A stretch of DNA of 64,000 nucleotides. Origin: Octopus vulgaris (Eukaryota). Of this stretch, positions 1 through 13,283 are shown one piece after another. The notes below the pieces were generated by a model, which worked only from the letters and a program-made list of their open reading frames with translations, was not told where the DNA came from and made no database searches. Within the stretch, counting starts at the first letter, position 1, and each line of letters starts with the position of its first letter. The translations under genes and the position numbers were made by a program. The stretch spans positions 45,446,001 to 45,510,000 of the forward strand of contig OX597830.1 of assembly GCA_951406725.2 (NCBI GenBank). The letters are read 5' to 3'.

Positions 1-196
1 ACTTTTGGTTCTTTATTTATTTTTGGTCAGATTGCAGTCTCTTGGGCACTTGGCGTGTATATATATATTTTTCTTTTTTTTTTTCGCGCGCAGTTGATTA
101 TTTTGTTTGTCATTTTTTTTTGTTTCTTTGCTTTCGTTTGTTTTAGCAATAACAACCAATACCGTGCTTGAGCAACGTGGTAAAATGAATAAAAGT

Positions 197-626
197 GGCA
201 ATCTTTCGTCTCTAGTAGACCTTTCCGTCGATTTCTGTAAAAAAATTTTTTTTTTTTTTTTTACATATGGGCTTGCGGGAACTTTTGAAGTAATGAGAGC
301 GAAAGAGACTAAGAGAAAGCGATTGTATGACGAGGGAAGTTCTTTTGAAGTTACCGTGCATGTGAATCATTGATGTACATGTGTGTGTGTGTGTGTGTTT
401 GATGGGGTGTGGGAGACAGACAGCATGTTGTGTAAGTGAAGTGCTTCTGTTAGTGTGTGTGAAGAGACAGAGTAATGTGTGAAAGAAAGAGATAACTGAA
501 ATTTTTTACTCGGTGTATGTGTATATGTATGTATATTACTTCAAAAGTTCCCGCAAGCCCATGTGTAAAAAAAAAAATTTTTTTACGGAAATCGACCGAA
601 AGGTCTACTAGAGACGAAAGATCGCC
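197..626. mobile_element. MITE, Merlin-like
   Basis: About 95-bp TIRs starting GGC/ending GCC; perfect 8-bp TSD ATAAAAGT (189-196, 627-634). Confidence 0.8.
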
Positions 627-1227
627 ATAAAAGTTATTCGTTTAGTTTTTGCATGAGGAAAATACAAGGGTGTATATCTAATGAGGTAAAACATGAAAGC
701 TCACACATTTTATTATGCCCCACCACCACCACCACCCTTTGTCATTTTGGCTTTTCAATAGCTTGATACTGACAGAAGTCACCTGCTCCTCTTGTAGATT
801 GCATTTCTTCATTTGTAGAGACAGGATTTCCTTTGGCGAGGCAGAAATTGCGTGGATCCAATGAAACATTTTGTTGAAATTTGCATCCACCGCACACCAG
901 CCTCCTGCAATTGAAAGCTGGGATCCTTTATCATTCTGGTTTACTCTTCTAGGTATGTTTGGTTCAGGACTATTCATTTTTATATTCATAGCTAACCTTC
1001 ATATCTGGAGGCTTTTCACCTATCCGCCATCTGGAGACCCGGCGGAGGGAAGTTTTGTCTCCATTCTAGATGGTTTGTCTCAGTCCTCCCCACCAACTAC
1101 CTTAAGGACCCTTCCTCCTGATTTTTTCTGTAGGGGTTTATTCCCTTAGTCTTTCACACGCTCGTGTGTATAAGCAAATAAAAAATGGAATATAAGAGAA
1201 TATATAAAAAAATAAATATAAAAAGAT

Positions 1228-1385
1228 GCTTTGGTGAGTTTACGTCCCCGTAATTTAGCGGTTCAGCAAAAGAGACCGATAGGATAAATACTAGGCTTGC
1301 AAAGAATAAGTCCTGGGATTGATTTGTTCGACTAAAAGTGGTGCTCCAGCATGGCCACAGTCAAATGACTGAAACAAATAATAAA
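1228..1385 (+). mobile_element. 5'-truncated copy of dominant tRNA-SINE family A (3' half)
   Basis: Matches reverse complement of 18450-18620 (ggtgctccagcatggccacagtcaaatgactgaaac). Confidence 0.8.
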
Positions 1386-1589
1386 TATACTCACACACAC
1401 ATTGTTGGATGGCCATTGACTCATGAGTTCTTCTGCCAAGGATGACCACCACAACGATATCTCCAGCCCCACACTTCATAATGAGAACAGCACCAATGGC
1501 AGCTCCAGCAACACTGGTGGCAACAACAACATCTCCAAGCCCAGAGCCAACCAATGATGTGCCAGCAATGTAAGCACAGCCAGCACTGA

Positions 1590-2200
1590 AACCTGGAAAA
1601 TATATCAGGTCAGTCGGGACAGACTTGAAGCAGCGCCTGTACAACCACAGGTCCTCTTTCAGGATTCCAGAAAGATGATTTGTCACATCCCTGGTCAGCT
1701 ATGTGTAGTACCTCAAAGATGAAGGGACCCCATACAATATCAAGTGGAGGATCTTAAAGTGGCCAGGCCCCCTACATTAATGGGAGCAAAGGATGTAAGA
1801 TTTGTTTGGCTGAGCAAGCAAGGATACTCAAAGACTCCCTGGAATCTGGATTACTGAACATTTGCCAGGAAATCAATATATCTTGCATCTATTTCAAACA
1901 CTACCTGCTACAAGCATGGGATTCCTTGTTCTCCAATTAGACCTGGAAGGTCCTTATGATCTAAAAGCAACTCAAGAGAAAAATACCTTGTTCCCCCTCT
2001 TTTGGCCCAGATGAACTGGTCTAAGGTGATTTACCCATCTTCACTGACCCCAAGGTATTTATTCTTTGGTGACTCACTGACCAAATGACTGTAACAGATT
2101 CCTGCCTCCCAGAGGTGAGGCATTACATTTGTCTTCAGCCCTTTGTGGATGTGAAACCATTGGTCACCCTATGACTGGACATCGACTTAACTACATACCA
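1590..2200 (+). mobile_element. Penelope-like retroelement remnant (degenerate GIY-YIG endonuclease plus 3' region)
   Basis: Translation YIRSVGTDLKQRLYNHRSSF..LVSYV*YLKDEGTPYNIKWRIL..PYINGSKGCKICLAE, with stops and a frameshift; typical Penelope endonuclease C-terminal pattern. Confidence 0.7.
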
Positions 2201-3175
2201 ATATATATATGTATATATATCGTTTTTGGAAAGCGGACGTTAAACGATGATGATGATATAATACATTAAAAGTCAGCTTGAATCTTGCTTGCTTGTTTGC
2301 TTGCAATGTTACCCAGCCAAACTAGTGCATAATGGGAAAATACTATGAATTAAGCTTACCCTGAAATATTAATACAAACTAAATAAAACAAGTTTTGCAT
2401 AAATCGGACAAGTGGTTTTGGATATATTAGAGGTTTCCAGGGTATAAATACCCAAAATGGTGCATAATGGGAAAATTTTCCGAAAATAATCTTAATCCTG
2501 AAAGGGAAGAAACTCTTATCTTTTGATTTGACAACAAAAACATACAATTTGTTTTTTTACAATAAATGTTTCTATTTTTGCTTTTGTTAAACACAATATT
2601 TTTATCATTTTGAAATATTTTAAAGTGAATGTGATTTCAAAAATGTAAGTTATTCGTACAATAAGTATTTATGTTTTAGATTTCTTTAAACAGACAATAT
2701 TTTAATGTTTCTTTTAAATTATTTTCAAGTGAATACCATTACAAAAAGTTTTTTTGGCATATTTAAAAAATATTCTAAAGTGAAAATGACTTTAAAAATT
2801 TGGTATTTCATAAAAGACCTGTTTGTAACCTCAGTGTGAAATATTTTTTTCCCAGAGGTGTTTTTTGAGTGCATTCAACATATCTTGCCACCAAAGATTT
2901 GGCTGCTATTTCTAGCACGCCCTGCTACCAAGTAACAGCTATTTACGATAAAGGACCCAAAATACCTGTCATGTGGTAACAGGGCATGCAAAAAATAGCA
3001 GCCAAATCTTTCCTTTTCTGAGGAAAGGTGCCATTTATGTGTGATTTCAATGTCACATTCATTGAAAGCATGCAAAACAACATGGAAAAGAAAAAAAATC
3101 CCATGAAACAAAACTCTGTTGCTGGGAAACTCAGTTTCCTAGAGACTCAACAGGTCAGAGGTAGTCTAGTATATA

Positions 3176-3204
<29 letters not shown>

Positions 3205-3206
<2 letters not shown>

Positions 3207-3569
3207 CATCATCATCATCATCATCATTTAGCGTCCGCTTTCCATGCTAGCATGGGTTGGACGGTTCAACTGGGGTCTGTGAAGCTGGAAGGCTTCGTCA
3301 GGCCCAGTCAGATCTGGCAGTGTTTCTACAGCTGGATGCCCTTCCTAACGCCAACCACTCCGAGAGTGTAGTGGGTGCTTTTTACGTACCACCCGCACAG
3401 GTGCCAGACAGAGCTGGCTAACGGCCACGAACGGATGGTGCTTTTACGTGTCACTGGCACGGGGCCAGGCGATGCTGGCAACGGACACGAACGGATGGTG
3501 CTTTTACGTGCCACCGACACGGGGGCCAGACAGAGCTGGCAAACGGCCATGAACGGATGGTGCTTTTAC

Positions 3570-3572
<3 letters not shown>
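3205..3572 (-). mobile_element. RTE LINE 3' UTR fragment with internal ~60-bp tandem units and (GAT)n tail
   Basis: Homologous to 24426-24780, which is contiguous with an RTE ORF. Confidence 0.8.
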
Positions 3573-3606
<34 letters not shown>

Positions 3607-3929
3607 CACACACCTAATCACAAGCACAGTTATGACATTACGGTGTCTGTTTCAAAATAGTGTATTTTTGGGTTCAGTCCCACTGCACTGAATTTCGAAC
3701 AAGTGCCTCCTACTACATCTCTGGGCTGACCAAAGTGGAAGTTCTGAAGAAGCCTGTCGTGTGTGTGTGTGCATGCGTGTGTGAGTGTACATGCATGTGT
3801 GTGTGCATGCATGTGAGTGTGTGTGTGTGTGTGAGTGTGCATTTGTGTGTTAGTGTTCATGCATGTGTGTGTGTGTGTGTGTGTTCTCAGACTCTCCCAT
3901 GAAAAGAAGAGGGAATTAAGAGAAATATC

Positions 3930-6900
3930 ACATCTACAATGAAGCAAACAAGAAAATATAAATCTGTTGATAGACAATTTAAGAAATACAAAATCCTAAT
4001 TAAAAAGAAACGGAAGAGTAACCCTTAATACTCCTGAAGACATTGTGCAAGATACATTAAGAAAAACTATAATTTATAAAACAAAAAAATGTCCAAAGTC
4101 ACAGATTAGAACAAGTAACACAAACACAACTTGAAAAATATCTATGTCCAGTATAGGACACGAAAACCTATATTGCAAGAGGGAAAAGATATGGTAGTGT
4201 AGATGTGAGATCTGCCTCAGAGCATGAGGCAAGGAAGCGCTCCACTTTGACCCTAAGAAACGAAGACCTCTTTCTGGTATCCCATATGCCTGGGTCGTAG
4301 ATGAGCAAAAATAAAAATTAGAGATGTACCACCAGAAACAGACATCTACTGGTAGGTGGCAGCTGTCCTCCTGGACATAGAGGACAAAATAAACATGCTA
4401 CAGGTGTGGAAACTGAATGAACAAAATGGGTTTGGCAAGGCTTGGATTTGTATGAGCAAATGGATAATGAAAGTCTGGAAACAATTCCAGATATCATAAA
4501 TTTACCAAATGGCACCAACCTCTACATGGCCACTGAGGGTAGAAAGCCAAGGTGTCACCTGTGTGGGGACATAAATCATCTAAAGGCCCTTGCTCACAAC
4601 AAAAATGAGAAGGGAGCTCTCCACCTTAGTTTTGTCACCACCACAACAACAGCAAAAGCAGGTGACCACTGCAGCTGCAAAAACGATAGTAACAGCAGCA
4701 GCACCGACAGCAACAAATATAACAGAGAACTCACCAACATCTATGACATCCACATACCAGACAGCAGCAAAAGCATCAGCATCAGAATACCCCAAAACAA
4801 GAGCTTTATGATCAAAAGCAAAAATCTCCGCAAGACATATCACTTCTCTGTGCAGATCAGGTGGACATATCCCCTGGAGAGGGGGACAAGGAAGAGCCTA
4901 AATGGTAAAAAGTCAGCAGCTCTAACAAAAGATAAATAACTAAAAAACACTGACATCAACACAAAAAAGCTGGCAGATATGATCAAAGGGGAGAGATGCC
5001 TTTCAAAACAAATATACACAAATACTTCACCTCCAGCAGCAGCAGCCACATCAGTACTGTCAATAACAACATTATCCCCATCACCACCATCACAAGCACA
5101 ACCCAATTCTCAGGTCACACATCCCAACACCAGCAAAATTCAAACATCATTAACTACACAGCAATAAACACAAACAATAAAGAACTTTGGAACACATCCA
5201 TAACCATACAGACATCACACCGATTTTATCACACCAACAATCAACATACCAATACACATAAAAGTCATCCTAACATCACAAAAATACATACAACACCATA
5301 GAAATTAAATATCGTGAAGGAGTAGGGGTTTTCAGGAGAGATATCGACAAAAAACTGTATAAAGAACTGCTCACAGAAACGTTCACGTTTGACCGTGGGG
5401 ATGGAACATTCATCCACACCTCACCAATAAAATTACTGTAAGTAACCTTTTCTGCACTTATTCCTTAATCTGACATGGTGTTACTTAGAATAAACAGCAT
5501 AAATGCACATGGCCTGGTGTCATCTTGGAAACAAAGTCATCTACTCAACAACCTCACATCAGTAAGTGTTGATGTAGTGGCTATCAGTGAAGCCAGATTC
5601 TGACCAACAAGCATTCATGCCCCATTTTTGGTGGATATAAGATCTATTTAAATTCATGTCAACCTGGAATGGAGTGAAGTGGAACTGCAATGTTCTTCCA
5701 GAGAAGGTCTGCATCTCAAGATAACAACTGTCTTCCTGGACCCAGAAGTTATGTTGGTGGTCTTGGATGTGAACAGTAGTGACAGGGGTGCCCTCAAACT
5801 CGTAGTTGTTTATGCTCTGACAGGAGCAGGACAGCTGAACTTTTTCAGATGTCTGGAGGTTTTGCTAGAGACGTCTCCACCTTTAGTGTTGGTGGGCGAT
5901 TGGAATGCCATCTTAGAACTATGGTTGGACTGTGTGGAGCTAGCAGATAGAATAGCGGGTGGTAAAAGCCAAGCAAACCTGCTTAGACATTTCCAACTAT
6001 TTGACAAATACCCATGGATTTCCCAGATGTACCAATGTGGACATGACCGAATTGCATCAGGTCACCCAGGTCCTATCTATACAAAGTATTCTGTAGGCCA
6101 GTAGATAAGGATAGGACAAGTTGTTCACTTTTCAAACTCATTGGCTATACGGACCACAAGTTTGTGATCTGTACGGTCAACCTAGATATGCTCAGAAAGC
6201 AAAGACCCAGCTGAACACATAACTCGCAGTGTGCCAAGCATACAGAGACCAGATTAGAGAATAAGTTAAGCAGGCGTTGATGGGGGCAATCGTCAACAAC
6301 GGATGGTGCTTTGTCCTGAAAAGCGCAATTAGAGTAGAATCAGTTAGGTTTAGTAAGGCATTAGTGATAGAAAGAAATATAAAAAGAAGGAAACTTAGAA
6401 GAGGCACTTCGGAAAGCCATTGCAACCAACAAACTGGCCGTCAGATTGACTCTGAACCAATTCTTCAACACTAAACATGAAGGTTGCATTGTCTAAGACA
6501 AGAGGGAATGAAAACCATTCAATGAGCCCGAATGGCAGAGATACGTGACAACAAAGCCACAATTCAATCTTTGGTGGAACAAAATGGGCAAACGGTACTC
6601 AAGCCCAAGCTGATGTGTGCAGCATTTCAGTGGCACTTCACCCAACTGTTTTGGATGAATGGCATCCTGGAATGCAAGATGGACTTCAGTGCCTACCTCA
6701 ACGGCATGCCACAATTCTTGGCAAGGTGGCCAGGGTGTTGTGAAATGCCAATCACAGACATGGAAATACAGGATGTGATGACTGGTTGCACGAGGGAGGG
6801 GTGGGTCGAATCGCCAGGTCTGGAAGGTCTACCCTATGCGCTTTACTTTCATACGCCAGACTCGTTTGGCAGTCTTTTAGTAGATATCTACTGCAACTGG

Positions 6901-7890
6901 TGTGAGAATTCCCAATTCTGTGAGTCGAGGAGCGGTGGTACTGCTAAGAAAGAACCTAGACAAGTGGTGGGTGAGATAGAAAATTTTAGGCCCATAACAC
7001 TGCTGCATGCAGATTTCAAAATTTTGGCTGTCTAGGAACTGGTTGATGATGCGCAATCCTAAGCAGATCCATCCATAACAACCTTCACCTCCTATGATAC
7101 ATCACAGACAGGGTCGGTAAAGAAACTGCTAAAAGAAACATTTGTTAGTTCAGGTGAATAGTTACCTATTGGAACCTTTCAGCACCATGCATTTGGTCCA
7201 TCAAGGGTGTCCCCTCTCGTCTCTTCTGTACGTATTGGCTCTAGAGCCACTACTATGGAAATTAAAGGTATTGAGAGGCATCCCAAGTGAACTAGGACAA
7301 GGGAGAACTGTGTTGGCATAAACAGGCGACATCATTGTCATAGTGACCACGCACATAGACCTGGTCAGCATTGCTCTAAAAGAATACAAGGTGGTGACAG
7401 GAGCAAAAATTAACTAAGAAAACTCAGTGAACCCCGTAGCTCAGCCCTTGGAGAAGCAAGTCCAACAATGTTGTGGGATGCTGGGCAGAGAAACTGATTA
7501 AATTGTTCAACATTTGGTTTGGTCCGGATCTCCAGGTGGAGAAGAACTGGGACGAGGTGACGAGTAGGGTGGATCAAGGTAGATCAAGGCAGGGCACATG
7601 GCACCTAGAGTGTCATCTGGCACTCACAATCCCCTATTGGTCATGCAATGCAGTCAGTGGAAGTTCCACTCAGGCGTTCTATAGAGAGTATGCACCTCTC
7701 GATCGAGGGTTGACGAAGAGAAGAGGACACTTGCCCTAAGGTCAGAGTGATCATGGTTTTTGTTGGGTTTCCACGAGCAGCCCTTGGAAGTTTCCCCCTT
7801 TATGAGATTCTAGCTGTTAGAATTTTCATTATTCTTTATTTAGACGTTTCAGTCCCACTCTGTATCGTACGTCTCCAGTCTTTTTATATG
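3930..7890 (+). mobile_element. Degenerate Tx1/L1-group LINE (ORF1 zinc knuckle, APE, RT)
   Basis: PRCHLCGDINH; LVGDWNA and DHKFV (APE); SPGLEGLPY, NFRPITLLHADFKILA, QGCPLSSLLYVLALEPLL (RT); many stops and frameshifts. Confidence 0.85.
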
Positions 7891-7895
7891 AACCC

Positions 7896-8150
7896 TCAGT
7901 GGTTAGAGCATCAGGCTCACAACCATGAGGTAGTGAGTTCAATTCCTGAACTGGGCTGCATGTTGTGTTCTTGAGCAAGACACTTTATTTTCCGTTCACT
8001 CATCGACTGAAATGAGTTGTGACATCACAGGGTGCCAAGCTGTACTGGCCTTTGCCTTTCTCATGAGCAACTGCTGGTCTTCCATAAACGATCATGCTTG
8101 GACTTGTGCGTGCAATCCTATGGTCATTCATGACCAAAGGGGGGTCTTTA
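7896..8150 (+). mobile_element. tRNA-derived SINE family C
   Basis: A-box cagtggttagag, B-box gagttcaattcct, then tgtgttcttgagcaagacacttta; related copies at 30615 and 59035. Confidence 0.7.
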
Positions 8151-8384
8151 CCTAGAGGTTAATAAAGAAAAGATGATGATGATGGTATTGAAGATATTAA
8201 ATGTTGCAGAGGGCAACAAGTCAATAAATCTATTTTCAACCCTTCAGAGGAAATACATTTCAAGTTACACAATAGAAACAGTTTGATATAAGAGGAAGTA
8301 AGTTATTATGTTTCTAGTTTTATGACCAAGTAATGTATAATATCAGTTTTACACCTTTTTCTGATCTAATTAAACAAACTCCTG

Positions 8385-8547
8385 CGGCTTCTTTTGTGTG
8401 GCAAACGAAGGGAGCTAACTGACGTCAATCGGTGAGTGCGCTCGGATTCTTTTTGTTTTTGTTCTTTTTTTTTCCCTTGTTTAATTCCAAGTCTCAAATA
8501 AGTTAACAGCTTATTGACGAAAGGATTCGGAATTTTGTTTTCCTTAA
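8385..8547 (+). promoter_or_regulatory. SLC25A17 promoter / 5' UTR region with CRE palindrome TGACGTCA (8420-8427)
   Basis: Local CpG retention and a perfect CRE/ATF site about 120 nt upstream of the ATG. Confidence 0.4.
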
Positions 8548-8610
8548 ATGTCGTTCATAAATGAAATACTGTCCTACAGAACCTTAGTCTATGCTATAGC
8601 TGGGGCTACC
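8548..8610 (+). CDS. SLC25A17: SLC25A17 coding exon 1 (MSFINEILSYRTLVYAIAGAT)
   Basis: ATG at 8548; donor GTATGT at 8611; phase 0. Confidence 0.92.
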
Positions 8611-9245
8611 GTATGTATGAAACATCTGCTATGCACTTTTATTTGCTCTCTCTTTCTCTTTCTCTCTTCATTAATGTTTATTTTTACGAGGATTGTCATT
8701 CCAGTGTTAATTTCCAAAAATGTCTTTGTCGATCCGTACTCACACAGCCAATCCCGAAAGTCATTTCATTTTATGCCTGACAATTGCTACTTTCTTCTTT
8801 TCTTGTGACAGTGCGACTTGATTGGAAACCTTGGTCTTTATTTCTTTTCACAACCTATCGTGGCATCTCTTTTGTTGTTTCCATAACATATTCTATTTAT
8901 TACTTAATATCTTTTATGGAAACTAATTTCTCAGATTTCCTCACCGTATTATGGTGAAACTCTGGTCTTTAATTAGGCATGAAATATTGTTTATCGAAAT
9001 GAAAATAAAATGAAAACGGGTCTGATTAATATTAAGCACTAAAAGACGGTACTGTTGTTTTCCCTAAACTGGATCTGAAGGAAAACGGAAATCTTGATTT
9101 CAAAACTGGAATTGTTATGGAATAAACGAGGGTTGAAGTACAAGAATTGATGATTAACCATCTTAACCAAAACATTACCGTCTACAAATTAACACGAGAG
9201 CAACTGACAGAGACTGGTGCGTGTGTGTGTGACAGAGAGAGAGAT

Positions 9246-9280
<35 letters not shown>

Positions 9281-12200
9281 CGACCGAAATTTCGAAGTCA
9301 CTGTTAATACTATTTTCGTTAAAGAACGATAAATTTGTATTCTATCAAATGTATTGTGTAATCCTTCAATACAACATAAACGCACATGCAAAATCGTAAC
9401 ATAACAATGTCTAAACAAAGTCAACAATCACCAACTTATAAAATAATTCATTTAAAGATTATTTTTTAATATTGTAAGATTTGTCTAGTTTAATTATCTT
9501 GCACTTTGCTTTTAAAATTTGTTTTTTCCTGTTGGTAAAATTAATTTTACAATATTAGACACATTTTTTTAATCATGTGTATTTTATTAATGAAATTATT
9601 TTTCTTCTGATTTCTCATTCCCTTTCTCAAGTAAGTCATTTATTAATCAAAGTATTATTATTATTATTATAAATATAGATTTAGTCTAAACCAACCTTCA
9701 CTTCTTTATACCTGGTTTATGAAAACAACTTCTGTATCTGTTCTCGCGTGTTTCTCTCACCTGTTGTGTTTAAAAAGGAGAGAATTATTGTTCATTGGAG
9801 ATTAGTGTACGGAGTTTGAAGGGTTGGAGACAAGAATCTTGTGGGATTATATGAAAAGGGAAATAGTTAAGTGACGAACCTCGCAAGAAGGATTGATGTA
9901 TAACATTTATGCAGTTTTAGAAATTCAATGATAATGATAAATCGGTGAATAGCATCAGGTGAACAGTAAGTTACGGACATTTTTACAATAATTTTAAGCA
10001 GCAAAGGTCGAAATTACATCATCATCGATCTGGAACTTCAGGAGAGAGGTGGAAGACTAGACGCAATTAACATTTCTTTTAATGATGTCATTAACAGCAG
10101 CAGTCAACTACAGTCGTCTCCCTTCTTTATCGATATTTCATCAATTACCAATCGATCGCCCACAAGCAAGAGTAATAATAATAGTGTATTGGGAAGGCGG
10201 CGAGCTGGCAGAACCGTTAACACGCCGGGCGAAATGTTTAGCAGTATTTCGTCTGTCGCTACGTTCTGAGTTCAAATTCCGCCGAGGTCGACTTTGCCTT
10301 TCATCCTTTCGGGGTCGATAAATTAACTATCAGTTACGCACTGGGGTCGATATAATCGACTTAATCCGTCTGTTTGTCTTTGTTTGTCTCCTCTGTGTTT
10401 AGCCCCTTGTGGGTAGTAAAGAAATATAATAATAGTGTATTGGCGAACAGGAATAAAAATTTTGCCTACCCATTGCCCTTTCCTAATCCCGATACTCTAC
10501 TGTTGGGAAATGCACTCACATTCAACTAACCTTTCCGGTAATATCTTTATATATAAAACTGTAGTTGTGTGTGTGTCTGTCTACTCCGATTTAGATTCCT
10601 AACTACTCCCACATTTTGCGGTGCAGTTTAACCAAAAGCGGGTATCTTATAGTCGTGATTCATATCGAGCCCTTCTGGGTATTAGCGCGCGTCTACGATG
10701 AGTCAACGATTTAAAAAAAATTTACCATCATTTTTCCCCATTTTTAATCTATTTTTCACTCGGTTTTATATAAGGGAAGTAACTCTCTAAAAATGCTTAT
10801 ATAGTTATTTCCCTTACAAACCTGAGCAACGCCGGGCGATACTGCTAGTTACATATATATTTCTTTATTGCCAACAAGGGGCTAAACATAGAGGGAACAA
10901 ACAAGGACAAACGGATTAAGTCGATTACACCGACCCCAGGGCATAACTGGTACTAAATTCATAGACCCCGAAAGGATGAAAGGCAAAGTCGACCTCGGCG
11001 GAATTTGAACTCACAACCTAACAGCAGACGAAATACGGCTAAGCATTTCGCCCGGCATGCTAACCCTAATCTTACATATAATAAAACACATTGTGTCTCG
11101 TCTGTCACACAAGGTAAAAATAAATAACACAAACAGAATGGCAGTGAGTGGCGGCCAGAGACGGTAAATGTGGGCTAACTATAGTAAAAAGTCTTGTTCT
11201 GCTGTAAGCAGCTGGTATCTTAATCAAAATAAAACTGTAAAATTTTATAGTAACTTGTATTTAGTTTACTTGGTTCAAACACACACACACACACAAATAT
11301 ATAGATATATACTCTTTTACTTGTTTCAGTCATTTGACTGCGGCCATGCTGGAGCACCGCCTTTAGTCAAGCAAATCGACCCCAGGACTTATTCTTTGTA
11401 AGCCCAGTATTTATTCTATCAGTCTCTTTTGCCGAACCAGCATCGGTTGTCAAGCAATGCTAGGGGGACAAACACAGGCACACAAACATATACACACACA
11501 CTTATATATATATATACATATATACGACAGGCTTCTTTCAGTTTCCGTCTACCAAATCCACTCACAAGGCATTGGTCGGCCCGGGGCTATAGCAGAAGAC
11601 ACTTTCCCAAGATGCCACGCAGTGGGACTGAACCCGGAACCATGTGGTTGGTTAGCAAGCCACTTGACACACAGCCACTCCTGCGCCTAAATATTTAACA
11701 CTTGTTTCCAAAGTATTATCCCTTTTTTCAACCAAAGAATAACATATTCTAAAGATTTCACACAGACACGTTCAAACATTCACATATACATACACACGAG
11801 TATACGTATGCACATGCTTAGGTGTGTATAAAGATGTATGCGTATATATGAGTGCATGCACACACACATAAATATATACACATATATTAAACGTTTGGAG
11901 TAATCCCTTACTATTTATATATATAAGTAAATATATACATTGATATGTGTATATATATATGTGTGTGTGTATCTATGTAACAACTTAAAAGCCGCCCCAT
12001 CAGCTTTTTATGAAGACTTGGGAATCCAGAATTCCAGGATTGTGGGTCTGGATTCAGCTTTGAATGTTTTTAATTTACTCACGGAGTCAGCCTGATTCCA
12101 AAATGCTATGATATGTTCGGCTACAGCCTCAAGGAGTAAAGCTGAAAATGTATGACACGCTGACATTCACATTTATTATATTAGATTTTACCTGGATCCA

Positions 12201-13230
12201 TCAATATGGATTTGGGCAAATCCAGATTGTACTTAGCCTTTGTTATGGTAATGGCCTAGTATTGAAACCTCTGTGTACATTTTGGAGTAGTTTGCTATAA
12301 AGACTGTAGGCTTGTGATCTGTACAGTCAATCTATTGATAAGATAAATGTACAGAAACCCATTACTAGAAGTTGAATGCATTGTTTACCTGTAGATAAGT
12401 AGAAACTGATGGGGCAGTCATTAAACAACAGTTTGTAGAGGGGCTTAGAATGAAAAATTAGAATGAAAAATTAGTAAGGCATTGTGAGGAAATAGCTGAA
12501 GAAAGCATTGGACAGGATGGGGAGTTAAGAGATAATTTAGAAGAGACTGCTCAAAGGAACTTCATGACTGAAGTTCACATATTTTTGATTGAATGAACAA
12601 TAAAATTCATCTGTTCCTCTACTTGACTGGTCCTTCATTTAATTGGAAATGAGTTTAAGTTTAGTACTTGAACATCAGTGTGAAATCATTATAATTCTGT
12701 ATCAACTATCATCAGACATATACAGAAACACTCTTTGTGGATGGATATTGAGTACTCAGCAGCATCTAACTGCACTCTTTCTGCTAATATATACTCATTC
12801 ATGTACATGTGTATGTGTGTGAGAGAGAGAGTGTGTATGTTTGTTTATACCTCTATGCCATTGTGTGGTATGTCTATTCATCTGTAATTTTATTTCAACA
12901 GGGTGGTGTTATATCATTAGCCATTTGTTATCCGCTTGAAACTGCAAGAACACAAATTCAAGGTAAGAAATATTCGTTTGTTGACCATTATTTGTGTTAT
13001 TCAGTATGTTTTATGATGAAGACATATTGAATCTATTTCATAGAAATATCACCGTGACCGACCAGACTATCAGATGTTGCTACACATCACTGGTCACAAT
13101 GCGCTTTGCATTGTTTTAGCCTTCAAATGACGCCACCCTGCTGGCTAAGTGAGCAGACCAGTTCATATAAATATACACTTTACATATATACATGCACACT
13201 TTCTCTTTCTTTCTCTCTCTCTTTCTCTCC

Positions 13231-13283
<53 letters not shown>

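Noticed and set aside
678-1149. ORFs of 103 aa (minus) and 92 aa (plus)
   Set aside because: No recognisable domain or convincing splice-site framework
2258-3170. Possible third Helitron (ends gtctagt)
   Set aside because: 5' TC and 3' hairpin are not clear enough to call
3370-3572. Regularly spaced ~60-bp repeats resembling a CRISPR array (also 57650-57910)
   Set aside because: Eukaryotic context, the 'spacers' are themselves homologous, no cas genes; internal units of the RTE 3' UTR
8548-8808. 86-aa single-exon ORF
   Set aside because: Only the first 21 codons are coding; the rest is read-through past the donor at 8611
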